In this document: positions 27,052-30,748 of the stretch, in pieces | How positions within the stretch are numbered: the first letter of the stretch is position 1 | How the letters are laid out: each line of letters starts with the position of its first letter | Assembly: GCA_046759445.1 (NCBI GenBank) | Contig: JBHICG010000040.1 | Coordinates: 1 to 30,748, forward strand | DNA length: 30,748 nucleotides | Direction of reading: 5' to 3' | From: Candidatus Scalinduaceae bacterium | Lineage (GTDB): Bacteria; Planctomycetota; Brocadiia; Brocadiales; Scalinduaceae | Program-made: the position numbers and the translations under genes | Notes under the pieces: generated by a model | The model's input: the letters and a program-made list of their open reading frames with translations, nothing else | Database searches by the model: none | Told to the model about the DNA's origin: nothing

Positions 27052-28908
27052 TTATAGAGAACGCTCTTCCTGTTCAAAAGCCTGCTTTTCTTGTTCGTAT
27101 TTTCCGGTAGTTTCTTCCAGTTGTTTGTAAAGTGTGTCTATACTGGCTTGTGTTTGCTTCGCCGATCTTGACAATGCTGTGATAGTGTTTTTATCCTGTT
27201 CCCGGGAGGCCTTAATCAGGGATTGATTATCATCGTGTAGTTGTTGTTCCATTTCAACGATATTCTTTTCGAGTTCCTCGATTCTCTTTTTATAAGGGGT
27301 CAGAGTTTTTGAACGTCTGGTGATAAATTCAGCCCTTGCTTTTCTTGTGTCCTTCCTATTGATGGCCTTCACTGATTCTCCACGACGTTTGTGTGAACGT
27401 TTGCCGAACGTAATACTCTCCTGGTCATCCCAACCAATCTGTTCAAGGAACTGAGAGTATTTACCTTGAAAGGGAAATACCCTGTCATGGTGAAAGACTA
27501 TCAACTTGTTTGCAATCCTATGGAGTATGTATTCATTGTGTGTGACCATAATTACGGCGCCCTGAAATGTATTGATGGCGTCTATCATGGCATCGCATGA
27601 CTGCATGTCTAAATGGTGAGTGGGCTCGTCAAGGAGAAGAAGATTGGATGGTGTTATGAGTATCTTTCCCAGCAAGACTCTGCATTTCTCGCCACCGGAT
27701 AAAACCTTAATCTTCTTAAGAGCGCTGTCACCGGAAAACATCATAGCGCCACAGATATCTCTGATCCTTTTCCTGTCTATATTAGAATTATTCAAGTATA
27801 TTTCTTCTTCAACCGTAAGCTTATCGTTGAGGCTTGCGGTATTGGCTTGTTCATAATAGCCAATTTTAGCCTGTGGGTGGTTTTTAATCTTTCCCTCTAA
27901 AGGCGATAACTTCCCGGCCAGTAACCTTAATAAAGTTGTCTTACCTTTACCGTTTTGACCTACGATACAAACCCTGTCTCGCTTCTCAACAGCAAATCCG
28001 AGTTGGCTTAATAAGTAAGGGGAGTTGCCATTGTAAGAAAAAGTTATATTGCGTGCCTCTTGTGTATATTCGGCATGAAAAGGCGCTGAATTGAACGAGA
28101 ATGAAAAAGTGGGAATTTTTTCAAGCTTCTTAATTCTCTCCTGTTTTTCAAGTGTTTTTATGCGTGATTGTACCAGACTGGCATGGCGTGCTTTGGCCCT
28201 GAAACTGTTTATAAACTGTTCTGCCTGTTTTCGTTTTTTCTCATCGTTGAGACGTTGCTTTTCATGGATTTCCTCTTCTTTTATGATTTGACTATAATAG
28301 TCTTTAGTAGTTCCCTTAATCTTTCTTACTTTGGAGCGATGAATGCCTATTATGTGTGTTGTGACATTATCCATGAAACCTCTATCGTGGCTTATGACGA
28401 CGACTTCATTCCGCCATGAGTTCAGGAAGTTTGTTAGCCAGCGAATGGAAACAATATCCAGGAAATTGGTTGGCTCATCTAGTAAAAGCAGATTTGGTTC
28501 AGATACAAGGACTTTTGCCAGGTTAAGGCGTATCTGGTAACCACCCGAAAATTCAGACGGGTTACGGCAAAAATCACTTTCTGAAAATCCAAGACCCGAT
28601 AAGATTTTTTTTACCTTCCACTCGTCCTCTTTCTGGCTGTCCGGCAATCCACTGCAACCCTCTTCAAGTACCGTTGGTCTGGTAAAGTGGATATGCTGGT
28701 TCAGGTACCCTATACGGTAATCCTTTGGTATCTTAATAGTACCCTCATCATATTGTTCCTGTCCTGTGAGAAGGCGAAAAAGAGTGGTTTTACCGTGTCC
28801 GTTTCTACCCACCAGCCCGACACGCTCGCGGAGGTTCAGGTTAAAAGTAATATTGTCAAATATAACCTGGTTGCCATATCGTTTGCTTAAGTTTTGTACC
28901 GTAATCAT
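27052..28908 (-). CDS. ABC-F family ATP-binding protein (YheS/Uup-like)
   Basis: Two ABC cassettes (GRNGHGKTT/FSGG/LLLLDEPTN and GQNGKGKTT/LSGGE/LLLLDEPT), linker, C-terminal coiled coil, no TM segments. Confidence 0.95.
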   Translation of the reverse strand: MITVQNLSKRYGNQVIFDNITFNLNLRERVGLVGRNGHGKTTLFRLLTGQEQYDEGTIKIPKDYRIGYLNQHIHFTRPTVLEEGCSGLPDSQKEDEWKVKKILSGLGFSESDFCRNPSEFSGGYQIRLNLAKVLVSEPNLLLLDEPTNFLDIVSIRWLTNFLNSWRNEVVVISHDRGFMDNVTTHIIGIHRSKVRKIKGTTKDYYSQIIKEEEIHEKQRLNDEKKRKQAEQFINSFRAKARHASLVQSRIKTLEKQERIKKLEKIPTFSFSFNSAPFHAEYTQEARNITFSYNGNSPYLLSQLGFAVEKRDRVCIVGQNGKGKTTLLRLLAGKLSPLEGKIKNHPQAKIGYYEQANTASLNDKLTVEEEIYLNNSNIDRKRIRDICGAMMFSGDSALKKIKVLSGGEKCRVLLGKILITPSNLLLLDEPTHHLDMQSCDAMIDAINTFQGAVIMVTHNEYILHRIANKLIVFHHDRVFPFQGKYSQFLEQIGWDDQESITFGKRSHKRRGESVKAINRKDTRKARAEFITRRSKTLTPYKKRIEELEKNIVEMEQQLHDDNQSLIKASREQDKNTITALSRSAKQTQASIDTLYKQLEETTGKYEQEKQAFEQEERSL

Positions 28909-29083
28909 ATAATTTAAAATCTAAAAGAATCTATAATACGTTTATATTGTCTGTATTGCAAAGTGTGTTTTATATTACTTAAAAACGGGAATATCGTCAA
29001 AAAGTTTCTAAGTGACCCTGAAAGAGAAAAGGGAGAGCGTTCTGTAGAAAGTCTAATTATGCCTAAAAAATTGCCTAATTTAG

Positions 29084-29137
29084 TCTCTAAGGAGACAATT
29101 TTCTGTCAGAAAAAGCAAGAAATTGTCTCCTTAGAGA
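29084..29137. repeat. perfect 18-bp inverted repeat
   Basis: TCTCTAAGGAGACAATTT (29084-29101) / AAATTGTCTCCTTAGAGA (29120-29137). Confidence 0.85.
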
Positions 29138-29139
29138 TT

Positions 29140-29168
29140 TTTTTGGTTCTGGCTTGACCAGGTTAGGT
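29140..29168. repeat. dispersed 29-bp repeat, copy 2
   Basis: TTTTTGGTTCTGGCTTGACCAGGTTAGGT; 25/29 identical to 6137-6165. Confidence 0.7.
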
Positions 29169-29264
29169 ATGGGTTAGTATATGTAGTGTGGGAATGAAAT
29201 ACCATTTGGTATAATTTCCAAAATATTGGCTCAGGAATTAACAGCATGAGTAGTGCCGTCCGAG

Positions 29265-29317
29265 ATATAACGAGCAAGGTCAACGGCGAGTTTACAATAG
29301 TTGCAGCGGAGTTATAC
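29265..29317 (-). other. short attC-like site overlapping the stop codon
   Basis: Minus strand GTATAAC (contains the TAA stop)-TCCGCTGCAAC...GCCGTTGACCTTGCTC-GTTATAT, 53 bp. Confidence 0.6.
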
Positions 29318-29905
29318 GGTATCAATCTGGCCATCACTTTTCGCCGGTACTACTATGTGTAGCACACGGTAGTATGACTTCCTGAGATCATAGTACGCCA
29401 TTCCACAGGCAACAGTAAGTAACGTCCCACCGGCGCCGACGAAAATAAATGCCTTCGTTTTTATACCACAATATACTCCGAGCAAGATGAGTCCAGTGAT
29501 TGTAATTAGGGCAAAGTTGAAAACGCTTGAACGAGCTACTCTCATTCGTGATCGGTTGTAGTTGACGAACTCCACTGCCATCTTCGGATCTGCACTAAAG
29601 ATTTTTTGGCGGGTTGTGTGGAACTCGTCTTCAGTCTTCGCTTCTCTGGCAGCGGTGCTTGATTTTGCGGGTGCCTTAATGTGATCATCCAGGCCAGATT
29701 TATCAAGGATGAAATCCCATATTCGGTCGAAGACAACGCCTAACCCATACGAGATTGCAACGATGATGACGACACTAACAGATGGTGCATTGATGATAGG
29801 GGAGAAGGTCTTCGGACCCAAGACCGTCATCCCGATCAGCGAGAGCCACGTTAGGGTTTGAAGCCCTCCGATGACTAGCTCTGCAAAAATGGCAGTGGTA
29901 TTCAT
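29312..29905 (-). CDS. hypothetical membrane protein (about 4 TM), gene-cassette-like
   Basis: 197-aa ORF with two pairs of hydrophobic segments; GC-richer than flanks; bounded by GTTAAGC and an attC-like site. Confidence 0.75.
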   Translation of the reverse strand: MNTTAIFAELVIGGLQTLTWLSLIGMTVLGPKTFSPIINAPSVSVVIIVAISYGLGVVFDRIWDFILDKSGLDDHIKAPAKSSTAAREAKTEDEFHTTRQKIFSADPKMAVEFVNYNRSRMRVARSSVFNFALITITGLILLGVYCGIKTKAFIFVGAGGTLLTVACGMAYYDLRKSYYRVLHIVVPAKSDGQIDTV

Positions 29906-29924
29906 TTGGAATCGTAACTATACC

Positions 29925-30005
29925 GCTTAACTGTAATATAATATATTTTGGTTATAATAACTTTGTGACTTTCAACATCTTAGATCAATAAAGTACTGAA
30001 ATCAA
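29925..30005 (-). repeat. promoter-bearing module, copy D (truncated) with attI-like site
   Basis: TTGATT(30005-30000)-N17-TAAGAT(29982-29977); AATATATTATATTACA-GTTAAGC (29931-29925). Confidence 0.75.
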
Positions 30006-30016
30006 TTATATAATTT

Positions 30017-30748
30017 TCACTTCCACACCAAATAATCTTCTATTGCGAGATAATCGAGTCCGCAACCATAAAATGTCATTATTGCATCACGGGGTGTGCA
30101 AACTATTGGCTGACCTGCCACGTTGAAACTGGTATTGAGAACGGCCGGTACTCCCGTTAGCTTTTTAAATTCATTGATTAGGTCCCAATACTTTGGAAAT
30201 ATTTCTTTTCTGACCGTCTGCACCCTTATAGTGTTATCTACATGCGCAGCCGACACTATATCGGGAACTTTTTCCTCAACACCTTGAAATGCAATTATCA
30301 TAAATGGTGAATTGTAAGGATTCTTTACGTAGTCATGGTAGTCGTTTTCTATAAATGATGGAGCGAAAGGTCTCCACGGTTCCCGTCCTTTTATGCCTTT
30401 GTTTACAATATCCTTCATATCTTTGTTTTTTGGATTTGCGAGTATGCTTCTACCGCCAAGCGCCCGTGGACCAAATTCCATCCTTCCCTGAAACCAACCT
30501 ATAGTCTTGTTTTCTGCAATCAGTGTGGCAACTTCTTTAGCTATATCGTTACAACGTTTATGATTATTAAGTTTGGACTTTTTTAGTTCATGTTCAACTT
30601 GTTCGTTAGTGTAATCAGGACCGTAATATGGATGTTCTAGAACAATATTGGGTCTATGTCCTGTAACATCTGTGTGGACACTTAGGGCTGCCCCTAATGC
30701 GGTACCCACGTCATGAGCAGCAGGCTGAATAAATATATTATCAACATG
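30017..30748 (-). CDS. carbamoyltransferase (NodU/CmcH family), C-terminal part; 5' end outside window
   Basis: FIQPAAHDVGTALGAA, GWFQGRMEFGPRALGGRSILA, REPWRPFAPS, HVDNTIRVQTV, LNTSFN; frame open to the window edge. Confidence 0.93.
   Translation of the reverse strand, partial: HVDNIFIQPAAHDVGTALGAALSVHTDVTGHRPNIVLEHPYYGPDYTNEQVEHELKKSKLNNHKRCNDIAKEVATLIAENKTIGWFQGRMEFGPRALGGRSILANPKNKDMKDIVNKGIKGREPWRPFAPSFIENDYHDYVKNPYNSPFMIIAFQGVEEKVPDIVSAAHVDNTIRVQTVRKEIFPKYWDLINEFKKLTGVPAVLNTSFNVAGQPIVCTPRDAIMTFYGCGLDYLAIEDYLVWK

Noticed and set aside
17..29736. Short antisense or overlapping ORFs in the track (e.g. 17-238, 3704-4018, 16577-16804, 25382-25639, 29131-29337)
   Set aside because: They overlap well-supported genes or repeats and lack RBS and family motifs
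1..30748. Integron integrase, tRNA, rRNA or riboswitch
   Set aside because: No tyrosine-recombinase motifs in any listed ORF and no RNA gene signature recognised

Overview
AT-rich bacterial chromosomal window dominated by an LPS-core/surface-polysaccharide region: split rfaE1/rfaE2, waaF, a double-domain LPS kinase, a B12 radical SAM enzyme, several GT2/GT4 glycosyltransferases, two SGNH proteins, a methyltransferase, an epimerase and a partial carbamoyltransferase, plus an ABC-F ATPase. Gene style and the dense small palindromic repeats suggest an anammox planctomycete (Ca. Scalindua-like); this is inference only. Unrelated cargo genes sit at junctions between host genes (TPR, DUF1353, PIN-like, DUF1326/DUF2182, MFS, MNT plus deleted HEPN, two hypotheticals), several bounded by attC-like sites. 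No integrase is in the window. The most notable signal is a four-copy non-coding module with a conserved TTGATT-N17-TA(A/T)(G/T)AT promoter, usually followed by an attI-like GTT site, each copy directly upstream of a different foreign-looking gene. These may be dispersed integrase-less cassette capture and expression platforms. All family calls are from motif recognition by eye; no searches were run.
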